Shown here in pieces: positions 51,776-64,000 of a DNA stretch of 64,000 nt. Made by a program: the position numbers and the translations under genes. Position 1 is the stretch's first letter, and every line of letters starts with the position of its first letter. The notes under the pieces were generated by a model, which was not told the DNA's origin, made no database searches, and was given only the letters and a program-made list of their open reading frames with translations. The stretch is from Eledone cirrhosa (lineage: Eukaryota), in assembly GCA_964016885.1 (NCBI GenBank), contig OZ024742.1, positions 324,074,001-324,138,000 of the forward strand, read 5' to 3'.

Positions 51776-53519
51776 AATAACAACAACAATAATGAAATAT
51801 TGTGTACAGTGCCCAGGTGCACCACAACTCATCAAAAAAGTGCATGTACAGTACATAGGGCAATGCATAAACATCAGTAAAATGAACAGTGCACGAGTCA
51901 TGATACACACATGTGTGCATGTGTATGGAAGGGGTACATCAGGTGTAGTTTTGGCGTATTTCGGGAAGCATGAGTGTCTTAAAGGATGCAGTGTCTCGGC
52001 AGCTAACAATTGACGCAAGCAGTTTGTTCCATGCTTCAGCAACTCTGAGCGTGAAAAAAATGTCTATGAAAGTCATGGGAGCTGTGCTGTTTTCTGATCT
52101 TGTAGGCATGTCCACGTGTGTTAGACACATGGAGATCAAAGAGGCGCTCAGGGTTGCAATTGGCGAGATGGTTAAAAACTTTGTGGGTATTCACCAAGTC
52201 CATTGCCAGACGTCGGAGCTTCAATGAATCCATGCCCAGGGAAGCAAGGCGTTCAGAGTATGGTAGGTATCTGATGGAGGGTATGCGCTTGGTTGCACGT
52301 CTCTGAACAGTTTCCAGGAGGTCAATGTTCTGAGCAAGATAGGGGTTCCAGACTGATGATGCGAATTCCAAGTGTGGTCGTACCATAGCTGTATACAGTT
52401 TTAAATAGATGGCTGGAGAGCGGCTAACAAAGGTCTTGCTGAGTGATGCCAAGACACCCTCGGCCTTCTTGACAATCTTAGAGACATGCTTTGTCCAACG
52501 CAAATCGTTGCTGACAGTAATGCCCAGGTCACGTTCACAAGAGGACTTTTTGATATCAGTGTTGTGGAGGGAGTATGTGGACGCTGGATTTTTCCTTCCA
52601 AAATGCATGGTGGTACACTTGTCCACAGCCAGCTTCAGTTGCCAGTCTGTGATCCATTGCTGCATTGTGTCCAGGTCTGATTGTAGGAAAGAGTTGTAAA
52701 TTTCAGGATCAGTCCTTTTGATTTCAAGGTACAGCTTGATGTCATCTGCATATTTTAGTACCGTGGCATTCTGTAAGTTGGCATCTATGTCATTAATATA
52801 TGCCACAAACAAAAGAGGACCAAGAACAGATCCCTGTGGTACACCAGATGACATCTCATATGGTGAAGAATGCTGTCCTAGAACCGTGACTACTTCATTT
52901 CGGCTGAGAATGAAGGATTTCAACCAGTCGAAAAGATCATCCCTCACACCCATTGCAGAGAGTTTTGCCATAAGTCTTTTGTGTGGCACAGAATTAAAAG
53001 CCTTAGCAAAGTCAAGGTAAACAACATCCACCCATGAGCCGCTGTCAGTGATCCGGGTGATGTCCTCAAGGAACTCGATAAGCTGATCACAGCAGCTGGA
53101 GTTAGGGATAAATCCAAACTGAGAGGGCCGGATGAGGCTGTGAGAGCTCCAGAAGTTCCAAAGTGTTTCTCTGACACAGGATTCCATCAGTTTGGCCATG
53201 CAGCTAGTAAGACTGACTGGACGATAGTTGACAGGTGACATGCGGTTGCCCTTTTTGAACAGGGGAATGACACTGGCAGTTTTCCACTGCTCCGGAGTAG
53301 CACCATTGTTGAGACAGTATTGAAAGAAGAAAGAAAGCTGGCGCAAAAGGAAATACCCGCCACGTTTGAGAAGCAGGTATGTCACACCATCAAGACCAGG
53401 GGAGGCATAGTTGCGCTTATTTTTAAGGTGACGTCGCAACATTGCAGGTGTAAATTCCATAGTTGTTATGGAATTTGATGTTAGAGATGGTGGAGATGGT
53501 ACATTCTGGTTTTCAACAG
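51776..53519 (-). mobile_element. CR1-clade LINE, 5'-truncated, RT domain open
   Basis: ORF 52036-53547 has all RT motifs including LDFAKAF, GVPQGS and KYADD; lacks the endonuclease; frameshift near the C-terminus. Confidence 0.93.
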
Positions 53520-53631
53520 ATATACCTATTTTCACAAGAGAAGACATCTCTCACCCACCCCAAAGTGGGAGATCTCCCCATTAGATGGGGAGAGTTGACA
53601 GGTCTGATAATGTCTTTTTTTTTATTGGCAG

Positions 53632-53731
53632 GACTGATGCTTGGCTCACCAAAGGTATAGCAGGTTATTTAACTGGACTCTTTGTCAAAAGATCTTTTGG
53701 CAACAATGAATATCGTTATTTTATCTCAAAG
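53632..53731 (+). CDS. TAF2: TAF2 coding exon 11
   Basis: TDAWLTKGIAGYLTGLFVKRSFGNNEYRYFISK; AG/GT boundaries. Confidence 0.94.
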
Positions 53732-53789
53732 GTAAGTAAAAGTGAATTTCTAAAGAAAAAAAAAAGGAAAATATACAACTATATACATC

Positions 53790-53970
53790 TGCACACACAT
53801 ACACACCTGCACACAACTGTACATACAAGCATGCACTCACACAACTGTACACACAAGCATGCACACACACACACAACTGTACACACAAGCTTGCACACAC
53901 ACAACTACACACAAGCTTGCACACGCACACAACTGTACACACAAGTATGCACACACACACACACACATAT
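53790..53970. repeat. CA-rich minisatellite
   Basis: Degenerate tandem unit of about 26-30 bp, cacacaactgtacacacaagcatgca. Confidence 0.8.
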
Positions 53971-54725
53971 ATATAAGCTTACAAAACTCCCACAGAAAGG
54001 ACACAAATCTGTAAGTGTGGATGATATGAAAATAGAAATGATATGCTATATTCATTGCTGTGTGTTGTTTAAAATAGGAGGATGAAAGTCTCATAAAACA
54101 AAGTAATATAAATGATTAAATTAATGAATGATATCAATAATAATTATGCTATATCAATAATAATTTTAAACAAAGACAATATTGTAAGAACAATATTAAT
54201 TTTAAGTAGAATACAATATTGAATACAGTATGGTTAAAGTAATAATGATTTTAAACAAAAGACAATGTTATATAATAATACTAAACCCTTTCAATACCAA
54301 AATACCTGAAATCACCTTTGGTTCTACATTACAAATCTTTGTTTTAAAGTGTCAATATTTATCTAAAAGCCTTCCGGCATAATTTTATGTAAGAACCATT
54401 GTTTAGTTATGTTCCAAATACCAGTTTATCCATGGGAAAGTTAGATATTTTACTATATTCTTCATTATTTTCAAAATAATTTGAAAAATTACAGGCAGTG
54501 TCTTTTATTAGGAATTTGGTAACAAATAATGACTGCAGCAATGTGTTTAAGAAATTAAAAATAGAATTCTTCATCAGCCACCAAATAATACCAGCTGAAT
54601 TTTGACAAAGTGAAGTGTTAAATTTGAAGATCATTAAAAATATTGCATATGTTAAAATAGGAATGGTCTATGTATTTTTTCTAATACCCATTTCTTTCTT
54701 TTTTTTGTTTTAAATACCACTTTAG

Positions 54726-54926
54726 GAAATGAAAGAAGTTGCAGATTATGAGAGAAACTGTGCCATTGTTTTAGATCCTTCTGCCTTAAAAGAACCAAGT
54801 TCATTGCATTTTGCAGTGAAGAATCCTCATCTTATATCTCCTAAATATTCAGATATATTCTTTAAAAAAGCTCATTTAGTGATTAGAATCTTGGAAATTA
54901 GAATTGGGTATGAATTATTGCTTCAG
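54726..54926 (+). CDS. TAF2: TAF2 coding exon 12
   Basis: EMKEVADYERNCAIVLDPSALKEPSSLHFAVKNPHLISPKYSDIFFKKAHLVIRILEIRIGYELLLQ. Confidence 0.94.
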
Positions 54927-55164
54927 GTAAACATATTGATATATTTTCTTGTATTTTTTAATGTATTTTAATTTTTTTGCAATGGTGCTCTAACATCGCC
55001 ATTGTCTAATGACTGCAACTAGTGAAGGAATAATTATATATAAAGTTTGAAATTTAAAACATCCAGCAAATCATGCCATTCTTGAATTGATAAATATAAA
55101 TGAAAAATTCTTATTTTTTTCACCCCTCTAATTACTTATTTAGTTTATCTTTCTTCCATTTCAG

Positions 55165-55257
55165 GTTTTTAACAAATTACTGGCTCTTGCATTTACTGCA
55201 TCTCAACAGAAATATGGTTCAAATACGTGGTCAAACATGCTGTTATCGACAAATTCT
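55165..55257 (+). CDS. TAF2: TAF2 coding exon 13
   Basis: VFNKLLALAFTASQQKYGSNTWSNMLLSTNS; GTAAGT donor. Confidence 0.93.
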
Positions 55258-56179
55258 GTAAGTTAGAAGACACATTTTGCTTCATTTTCAATTATTGTAT
55301 AAGTGTAGGAGTCAGGACAATTTTGGGTGCTATTTCTAGCATGACAAGTGGTCAAGCAGAATCTTAGCTATTTTATCCAGGTTGTAGTTCAGCTACATAT
55401 CAACCATGATTGAGCACAGACTGATTTTCAAAGACATTCTAGCCATGACCACATTTTGTTTCTAAGGATATGTTTAGGATTACATTATCCACTGTGATCT
55501 TTCTTTGTTTAAGATGTTGTGGTGTGATTTGAGGGAGATTTGGCTGCTATCTCCACATGGTTGAGTAATCCTGTTGAGGCTCCTTTGTAAGCTGATGTTT
55601 GGAAATCAGGACAATAAATGTACTTGGGGTTGATATAATACAGATATTTAAAAACTAATGGAAACAGAAGCACTCTGTGATGGGTTGGAATCCAATGTGA
55701 TATGATTTCCAATTCCATTTAAATAAAAATTAATTTGTATGTGAGTTTTGTATATTTAAAGATATACAGTATGTTTAATAAATAAACATTTTGAATCAGA
55801 CTTCTGTCCTCATAAACTATTATAAACTGATTTATTCATACCTCTGGTTATTATAAACACATTTCAGCCATTGTAATCTCTTTCTTCAGATGGTTGTCAG
55901 ATTTAGAATTTTGAACTAAATCTCATACTTTGAATAAAATGTTTTGATTGAAATTTGAAGAACATTACTGAAGATGACAGACACCTGAAGAAGATTGGAG
56001 GGTGTAATAGGTGAAACGTGATTATAACAACCAAGATGAGGACACTAGTCTGAATAAATCAATTTATAATAATGATAATTTCTGATTGCAGAAATTTAGA
56101 GGACATTTTAAAATCTAATATCTTTAATTGTTCTTGCAGATATTTTTATATTTTACTTTCTTTTTCTTTTATTTTACAG

Positions 56180-56241
56180 TTTTTAAAGATAATATCAACT
56201 GTAACTGGCAAGGATATCCAACCTTATATTGACCAGTGGGT
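56180..56241 (+). CDS. TAF2: TAF2 coding exon 14
   Basis: FLKIISTVTGKDIQPYIDQW(V); followed by the U12-type donor GTATCCTTT. Confidence 0.93.
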
Positions 56242-57462
56242 GTATCCTTTCAAAGAATATAATATAGTGTTGGTGATCTACATGATAAATGCATCCAGTA
56301 CACTCTGTAAGGTGGTTGGTAGTAGGAAAGGTATCGAGCTGTATAAAACTGGCTAAACAAAGGTTTGGGAGGACTCTTCAGTTGTGTCAAAGTCATAACA
56401 ATTTCCTTAGTGCTGGTGCCACAGTAAAAAACCCTTGGTAGAGCATAGGTGCCAAGCCAATCTGTGTACTCGGTAGAGTATGGGAATATATGTAAGCAAG
56501 ATACAGACCCCCTCCGGTCCGCTTCAGAAGTCAGTAGCTCTACTTGCATATTGTCTTGGTCTATGATGTACCCATCCAACATATGTCAGCAGGGAGAATG
56601 GACGTTAAATTATGATGATGATAATGATGTATATGAAGTTTGTCCCAAAAGTAAGGACAGTAGAAAGGATGTGAAAGAGTGGGAAATGTTTTCTTTGCCA
56701 GACGAGATTGGCCTTCCAGAACAAGGTTCGTCTTCAACATTTTCTTGGCCCACTTTGAAAGTTTTGTGCCACTTAAAAACCTCACTTCTTGATAGAGTGG
56801 CATCTCCATAAACTTGTGTTAAAAAATTAAATGTTTTGGTGGTAGATTTGATGAGTTTCACACTAAATTTGATCATGTACTGTTGTTCGATATTTTCCTG
56901 CATCACAAATGTAACAAGTTATAAACACGTCTGTACATAAACAGCAATAACTTCCAACTCAGTTGATCATGTTGAAACAAGTATGTACATGCGGCCAAGG
57001 TCTTAACCAACATACCTATATACATCAGCGAGGTGCTGCATTACCATGTCGTACATAGGAAAATTAGTACTCTTACTTTTGGGACAAACCTTGTTTGTTT
57101 TATATCATATGTCTAATGAAAGACTCCTGTCTATGATTTTTAAACGATTTTGAAAATAATCAAGAATTTCAAAGGCTTTACTTTCTCATTATTTCATTAT
57201 GATGGAAAGGTTTTAGATGAATATATGAAAGCATGGTAAGCACACATAAAATGATGATGGTTAGCATTTTGAAATAAACAGTTTTGTATTGTAGAGCCAG
57301 AAGGCAGTTTCAAGCTGTTTGGTATCAAAAGGGTTAAAACACCCAAGAAACATCCTATGAGATGCAACCACATAGGAGGTTGACAAAACATAGATAAGTG
57401 TGTAAGATTGGTCAAGGTGTTAACTATGACTTTATATCCACTGATCCTTAATTCAATGTCAG
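56242..57462 (+). other. U12-type GT-AG intron, TAF2 intron 14
   Basis: 5' splice site GTATCCTTT; branch point TCCTTAAT at 57445-57452, about 11 nt before the CAG; no pyrimidine tract; in-frame join. Confidence 0.9.
56634..57093 (-). mobile_element. Internally deleted mariner element (inside the U12 intron)
   Basis: TIRs gaagtttgtcccaaaagtaag and cttacttttgggacaaaccttg; transposase N-terminal HTH remnant EQQYMIKFSVKL...VYGDATLSRSEVFKWHKTFKVGQENVEDEPCSGRP. Confidence 0.8.
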
Positions 57463-57577
57463 GTGTCAGAGTGGGTGTGCACGATTCATGGGAAATTTCG
57501 TCTTTAACCGGAAAAGGAATGTGGTGGAACTTGAAATCAAACAGGACTATGCAGCTAAAGGGTCATTAAAATATGTG
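57463..57577 (+). CDS. TAF2: TAF2 coding exon 15
   Basis: CQSGCARFMGNFVFNRKRNVVELEIKQDYAAKGSLKYV; conserved FNRKRN..ELEIKQD. Confidence 0.95.
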
Positions 57578-57681
57578 GTATGTTGATATGTTCCTTATAG
57601 TTGTTGCTAAGCAACTCCATACAGTGATGGAGGTATATACACAATTCGTGTGTGTATATATGTATGTATATCCCCCCTTCC

Positions 57682-57712
<31 letters not shown>

Positions 57713-59440
57713 AGCAAGTATTGTACCAAGAAAAATATAAACATCGGCGAGAAAGGAGAGTAGGAATTTATTTGCTTTAACACATGTTTTTGTGTCTATT
57801 ATAATTGTCTATATATGCTGACTACAATATATATTGTTCAATCATATGCAATACTTAATTATTTATCAGACTTCATCAGAAAGCCTATAATTGTGGAAGT
57901 GACTATTCACTACGCGGAAGATTTCAGAAATTGGATTTTTGTTTAAGAAAATATAAATAAGTCAATACAAATATAATATAATACAGTAAGTTAGTGTGAT
58001 ACTAGACAAATATATTATATACAAGGTGTTTTGTGAAAACCAGCTGTTGCAAATGCATACTATTCTCCCATCTTCATGCCACAGATATTGACCAAGGGAA
58101 AGGCAAAAGCTGATACTGTTTAGCACTAGTGATGTAACAATTTATTTCCACTTCTGAGTGAACTAGAGCAAGGTGAAATAAAGTATTATGCTTGAGGTCA
58201 CAATGTACCTCCATGTTCAGGAATGGAACTCACAACCTCATGATTGTGAATACAATACTCTAACTCCTAAGCCATGCACCTTTATATATATGGGTAAAAA
58301 TCAAAATCCTGTGTATAAGCTGAGGCAGCTAATCAACACATGTTTAGATTGTTTGATTTTGAAATTCTCATGAGTGGAGAATGTATTTATGGAGTTTCAA
58401 TATTTGTATATTTAAAATGTTAACTCCATTACGATTTTTTTTACCATTTCCAATTGTTTTGAATGCCATATTCATTCAAAACACATCAAAAACGAATTTC
58501 ATATTGAAAGTGTAACTGATGTAATATTCACCTCCAAAGTGAAAATATTTTAGTACCTCATTTATCTAGAATTTTGAAGTTGGTGAAAATCAGCAAAATA
58601 TTGACCTTGAATATAGGCAAACTGCCTATTTTACCATCAATTTTTTTTTTGTCACAATTTCTCAGTTTCTATAGTATATACAGTAATTTCACTAAGAAAG
58701 CATTGAATAGAGAAAAAGACTATTGGCCTTTATCCAAAATCATGTGGTTGAGAAGTAAATTTCTCAATTACACAGTTATGCCTACAATATGTATATTACA
58801 CACACACACACATTGTTCCCATGACATTTCTTTAGTCTGTTAATTTCTTTGTTGACCTCTTTATTATTTCTTTTCTATTAATTTGCTTATTAAATCTCAA
58901 CATCCTCTAATGATTTAGCAGTGAATATTTAAGAACAAATTTCCTTATTCAAATGTTTATAGTATTTTTACTAGTAAAGTTTATTAGTGAATGGATAGTT
59001 ATAGTATTTTTATTAGTGAATAGATATTTATAGTATTTTTACTAGTGAACAGACTGTTGTGAAAATTTGCAGTAAACTAAAGACGTTAATTTTTAATGTG
59101 ATGCAGTCATAGTACAGTTTTATATTTTTCAAGAATGCCTTGCTAGAATGGTGTCATGTGGTACAGGATGTTAAGAGTTAAATATTGAGTTAAGATTAAT
59201 TAACTTTTAATATCCTGTAATGACTTAGCAGAAAATATGTAAAAACAGGTTTGTTAATTGAAATGTTTATAGTGCATTTACTAGAAGGCATAATTCTGAA
59301 AATTTGCAATATTAGAGAAACGACTTAAATTTTTAGTGTGATTTTTAGTGCTGTTTTGTACTTTCAAGAATGCCTTGCTAATGTTGTTTCATGTGATACA
59401 GTACATTGTTATCCCCTTTTATTATTCCTATTAATTTTAG

Positions 59441-59550
59441 GGTCCTCTCACAGTGATTATTCAAGAATTGGATGGTTCATTCAGTCACAATTTCAAAATT
59501 GAAGAAAACAAAACTAAATTTGAGATTACCTGTCATTCCAAAAGCCGACG
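59441..59550 (+). CDS. TAF2: TAF2 coding exon 16
   Basis: GPLTVIIQELDGSFSHNFKIEENKTKFEITCHSKSR(R). Confidence 0.95.
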
Positions 59551-60305
59551 GTGAGTTACCTGAAGATGTTGTTGTTTTGGAGTTATATTTGTTTGGCAAG
59601 TGACTTCATTTGAAATTGTGTGTTGAAACTTGAACATTTATTATGTGGAAGATACATTTTAGCCATTTAGAAATACACAAAACCTGTTTACTTTACTTTA
59701 TATATTTATCATTTATTTTTTGGTGCCACACTAAGTTCACCCTGTAAAGTAGTTGGCATTAGGAAGGGCATTCAACCATAGAAACCAAGCCAAAAGCAGA
59801 GTGTATCAGCAAGATATGTTTCACTTGACTTGTCTAGTCTCATCACATGACAGCCTGTCTAACCTATCGTAGCGTGGAAAATAGGTGTTCAGCAGTGATG
59901 ATGATGATGATGTCTATGACCTGGTTGTTGATACATTTCTACTGTGACGAAAATTTTGAAACACAAATAAAAAGAAGAAATTTGAACACCAAGAAATAAA
60001 TGATATATATATATAATGTAAAGTTAACAGCTTTTGCATGTTTTTAAATGGCTAAAATGATTCTTTCACACTGTAATTGTTGTTCCCTAGCAAACATATG
60101 TTCATCACATTTCCTTGCATCAACTCCTGCTGTTGCTGTTGTTATTTCTTGGAATACTCAATATTTGTGTCCTAGTATTTAGTATATCTCTGTCCAAATT
60201 TTCAATATATGCATCCTTATACCTAGTATATGTGTCCAGCTTGGCTTGGCTTGGGTTAGCTCTGTCCAGCTTGGCTTGGCTTAGCTTAGCTTAGCCCAAC
60301 TCAGG

Positions 60306-60543
60306 GATCAGATCTGGCATTGAATCAGATCCAGCATAGGATTAGATCTGGCATCAGATCAGATCCAATATCGAACCTGATCCAATATTAGATCTGATCT
60401 GACACTGGATCTGATCCGACAACAGATCTGATTTGATAACGAATCTGATCCGACACTAGATCTGGTCCGATATCGGATCTGATCTGATACTGGATCTGAT
60501 TTGGTATTGGATCAGATCCGGTATCAGATCAGATCGGTGAACA
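60306..60543. repeat. 17-bp self-complementary minisatellite, 14 units
   Basis: Units GATC(A/T)GATC plus an 8-mer, in exact 17-bp phase; flanked by (GCTTG/GCTTA)n. Confidence 0.9.
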
Positions 60544-60759
60544 CAGCTCTGTCTAGCTCAGCTTGGCTTGGCTTAGCTTAGTTCTCTCCACACTACCAAT
60601 ATTGTCCAAGGAAAAGGCAAAAGCTGATATAACTTGGCCCTATTGTTGTTGCAGTCCATTATATTTTACAGCCGAGAGGATTATGAGCATCATGAAAGTA
60701 GTGTCTTGCTCAAGGATTCAACACACTGCTTGTTCCAGGATTCAAACTCACAACCTTAG

Positions 60760-62955
60760 TTTAGAAAGTCCCTACAGGATGCAGTAGATGATAGGGGTGG
60801 TGAGCTCGGTACATATGACATAGAGGACAACTGGGAATTCCTACTTGTCAATCTTTTGCAAACTACTGATGAGATTTGTGGCTGGAGTAAAGCACCAGCC
60901 AGACAGAGGGTGTCCTGGTGGTGGAACAGCACAGTAGATAGAGCCAATAAAGCCAAGAGAGAGGCATGAAAAGATTGGAAAAAATGAGGGTCACAGAGAC
61001 CAGTACTAGGTTGCTAAGAGAGAAGCTAGACGACAGATATACACAGCTCGGAGAGAGGCTGAAAAAAGAAAGTTTTCCAATGCCTTGAGATGTGAGGACT
61101 AGAGACGTGAATTGTTCTGCATTTCAAGGCAGTGTGTTTGTGTAAATCAAGATGTTGTTGGGGAAAAATGTGTTAGAAATAATGCTGGTGCACTTAGCAC
61201 CACTAATGCCCCAAAGAAAGAGGCCTGGAAATGTTACTATGAGAGATTGGGAGGGATAGGGAATGAATGAGAGGAAGAGAGACTACCCCTAACTTACCAA
61301 ACAGAAGGACCAGCTATTGAAGTTGACAGTTATAGGGTGAAAGAAACAATCAAATAGATGAAGAATGGTAAAGCTGCGGGACTGTCAGAGATAGTTGCTG
61401 AGATGCTAAAAGCATCAGCAGAACTAGGAATGGAACTAGTAATCCATATAGTCAAGCAGGCAATGTAGGACGGAGTCATACCCAATGACTGGCACAGCAT
61501 TACAATCATAAATTGCTACAAAGGTGATGCTCTAGAAAGGAGCAGCTACAGAGGAATAAAACTAATGGAACAAGTTATGAAAATGATGGAAAAAGTTATA
61601 GCTCAGCTAATTAGGGAAAGAGTCAAATTAGACAAGATGCAGTTTAGGTTTACCTGGGAAAAGTACTACTGATGCCCTCTTTTTAGTGAGGTAACTACGA
61701 AAGCAGTTCCTAGCCAAAAATAAGCCACTGTATTTAGCTTATGTTGATCTAGAAAAGGCCTTTGACAGAGTACTTCAATCTGTTGGTCCTTAAGGAAATT
61801 AGGTGTAGAAGAATAGCTTGTGAGAGTAGTACAGGCTGTGTACATAGGAGCTGTCAGTAATGTGAAAGTGTGAAGTGAGTTTAGTGAGGAATTCAAGGTA
61901 CAGGTAGTTCATCAATGTTCAGTTCTTAACCCATTGCTGTTTATCATAACTCTCCAGGCCATAACAGAGGTGTTTAAAACTGGCTGTCAATGGGAACTAC
62001 TCTAAGCAGATGATTTGGTCTTTATAGCTGAATCCATAAAAGAACTAGAAAATAACTTCCGTCTATGGAAATGAAATTTGGAATCAAAGGGCCTGAGAGT
62101 AAACTTAGCCAAAACTAAAGTGCTAGTGAGTAGGAAAGAAGATGAGACTCTGATCCCCTTAGAGAAGTGGCCCTGACCAATATGTAGAAAAGGAGTAAGC
62201 ATGAACTCTGTATGGTATACACAATGTAACTCTTGGGTACACAAGAGATGTAAGTGGGATAACAGGTAGACTAACAAGAAAGAAAGACTTTGTATCTAGA
62301 AGATATACAGGAGTAATCGAGGGGAAGAACGGCAGTGGTATTAACCTCTTCAAGTCACAGGAAGGGTCCATAGATGTGGTTGGTAGCTTCTGTTCTCTAG
62401 GTGACTTAATTAACAGTGAAGGAGGGTGCTCTGAGAGCATAATAGCCAGAATAAGGATAGGATGGAAGAAGTTTAGAGAGCTATTCCTATTGTTGACAAC
62501 AAAAGTTTTTTCCCTACATACAAAAGGATGACTGTATGATGCCTAGGTGCAAAGTGTGATGCTGCATGGTAGTGAAACATGGACAATGACTGCTTTTTTG
62601 GATGTACAATATAAATGTGAGAGAAAGGCAGAGCCTGGATGAACTGAGGGAGAAACTGGGTTTAAGAAGAATCCTAGCTGGTGTGCAGAAGAGAAGACTC
62701 TCTTGGTATGAACATGTGATGTGCATGAATGATGACTGATGGGTGAAGAAGTACCAGGAAGTGCCAGTGGAAGGAAGTTGCAGTAAAAGTAGACCAAGAA
62801 AGACCTGGGCAGAGGTGGTGAGAGCTGACTTCAAATCGCTAAGACTCACAAAGGAAATGAGGAAGAAACGCAGCAAGTGGCGAGATGCTGAGCTGAGAAG
62901 AACCCGTCCAACCTATGCAAGTGTAGAAACATATATGTTAAAACGATGATGATGG
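60760..62955 (+). mobile_element. Decayed RTE-clade LINE
   Basis: SSYRGIKLM, DLEKAFDRV, ELL*ADDLVFIAES, GGCSESIIARIRIGWKKFREL and SRPRKTWAEVV with many stops; (GAT)n tail; related to the 16.6 and 19.1 kb composites. Confidence 0.85.
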
Positions 62956-62959
62956 TATA

Positions 62960-63330
62960 TGTGTTCTAGTGCTCATTATATACATCCTAGTACTCAATAT
63001 ATGTCCCCTAGTGCTTTATATATGCATCTTAATACCTAATACTTATGCTCTAATACTTAGTATATATGTCCTAGTACCCAGTATATACATTCTAGTATTC
63101 AGTGTATGTCCCAGTCCACAGTATATTTGTCTTAGTACTCAAGTATATACATCCTACTACCGAAGTATGTATATACAGGGTGTCCCCCCAAAAAATGTAT
63201 ACACACTTCACTTTGAATACCTGTAGAGGCAATATTTATTAGAATGCTGTTGAAGTATGTATGTGTATATCCTAGTATCAGTTATTTTTTCAAGAAGTCT
63301 GATACTCAGTATATGCTAACTAGTACTCAT
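62960..63330. repeat. Degenerate minisatellite of about 21 bp (also 60150-60238)
   Basis: Unit like ctagtactcagtatatatgtc repeated with variation. Confidence 0.7.
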
Positions 63331-63458
63331 CAGTTACATTCTTTGATTATTTCTGTGGCCAACTTCAGATAATTTCTAGTATTATGTTGGCAGAGTGAGG
63401 TGGGAGTATTTGGATAATCATGATTTTATAAATATTTTTGTTTGTTTTTGTTTTCCAG

Positions 63459-63524
63459 AAACAAGAAGAAAAAAATTCCATTGATGACAGGAGAAGAAGT
63501 GGATATGGATCTCAGTGCCATGGA
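63459..63524 (+). CDS. TAF2: TAF2 coding exon 17; gene continues beyond the right edge
   Basis: NKKKKIPLMTGEEVDMDLSAM(D/E); GTAAGG donor. Confidence 0.94.
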
Positions 63525-64000
63525 GTAAGGAGAATAAATTGCTAACTTAGCAATTATAATTAGAGTATATTAGAATAAATTATGGTTAGAGTAAATTAGA
63601 ATAGATTACTAACTAGGAATAAATTGGTAATTCACTTTATCAAAGAACTGGAACTATTTTATTTTAGATATTTAACTATTTTAATAGAAACCTGTCTAAT
63701 GCCCCTCTCCCATCTATTTTATTATCCAAAACTGTTCATTTTAACTCTTTGGCAACAACCTGACCAAAGCCAGCTCTGGTTCTATGAAACAAAACCACAT
63801 GTTTTAAAAGGTTCCCATTTAAATTAAACTATTCTAATTTAATTATATATATATATATATATATAAATGAAGTAATTCCGTCGGAAAGGTACAGGAAAAA
63901 AGAGTGCTCTATGTAGGTTACAGATCTTATTAGTTATGTAATAAACAACATAAGATATTTATTTCATTTACCAGTGGTTTCTTGAAAGCAAATAAATCTG

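Noticed and set aside
52036-53547. 503-aa ORF as a host gene or active LINE
   Set aside because: It is a 5'-truncated CR1 RT without endonuclease or promoter; its start lies in flanking DNA and the C-terminus is frameshifted.
55985-56030. CUGAAGA...GAAACG hammerhead candidate
   Set aside because: Stem II is poorly paired and there is no stem I partner; at most a heavily decayed remnant.
60306-60543. CRISPR-like repeat-spacer array
   Set aside because: The period is only 17 bp, the 'spacers' are 8-nt variants of one sequence, the context is a eukaryotic intron, and there are no cas genes.

Overview
AT-rich, microsatellite- and transposon-dense animal genomic DNA. The repeat landscape looks like a coleoid cephalopod such as Octopus, which is inference only. 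Two conserved spliced genes lie head-to-head with start codons about 0.9 kb apart. ARFGAP1 is on the minus strand (first three coding exons at 29938-29997, 20963-21072 and 3863-4034; the rest lies off the left edge). TAF2 (TFIID subunit 2) is on the plus strand (17 coding exons from 30904 to 63524, continuing past the right edge). All exon phases chain into open frames. Two TAF2 introns (36154-37460 and 56242-57462) carry U12 minor-spliceosome signals. The introns hold a decayed CsRn1/Kabuki-type Ty3/Gypsy LTR element, several CR1 LINE copies, RTE LINE remnants and composites, a Helitron, Tc1/mariner, pogo-like and piggyBac-like MITEs, tRNA-derived SINEs, a CRE-like endonuclease remnant and a Penelope-like GIY-YIG remnant. 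The most interesting signal is a set of small fold-back elements next to (TA)n tracts that carry minimal type I hammerhead ribozyme motifs. One fold-back (9825-10126) has an intact catalytic core on both strands; others are degenerate. They resemble Penelope pseudo-LTR or retrozyme-type RNA elements. Most short ORFs in the supplied track are spurious.
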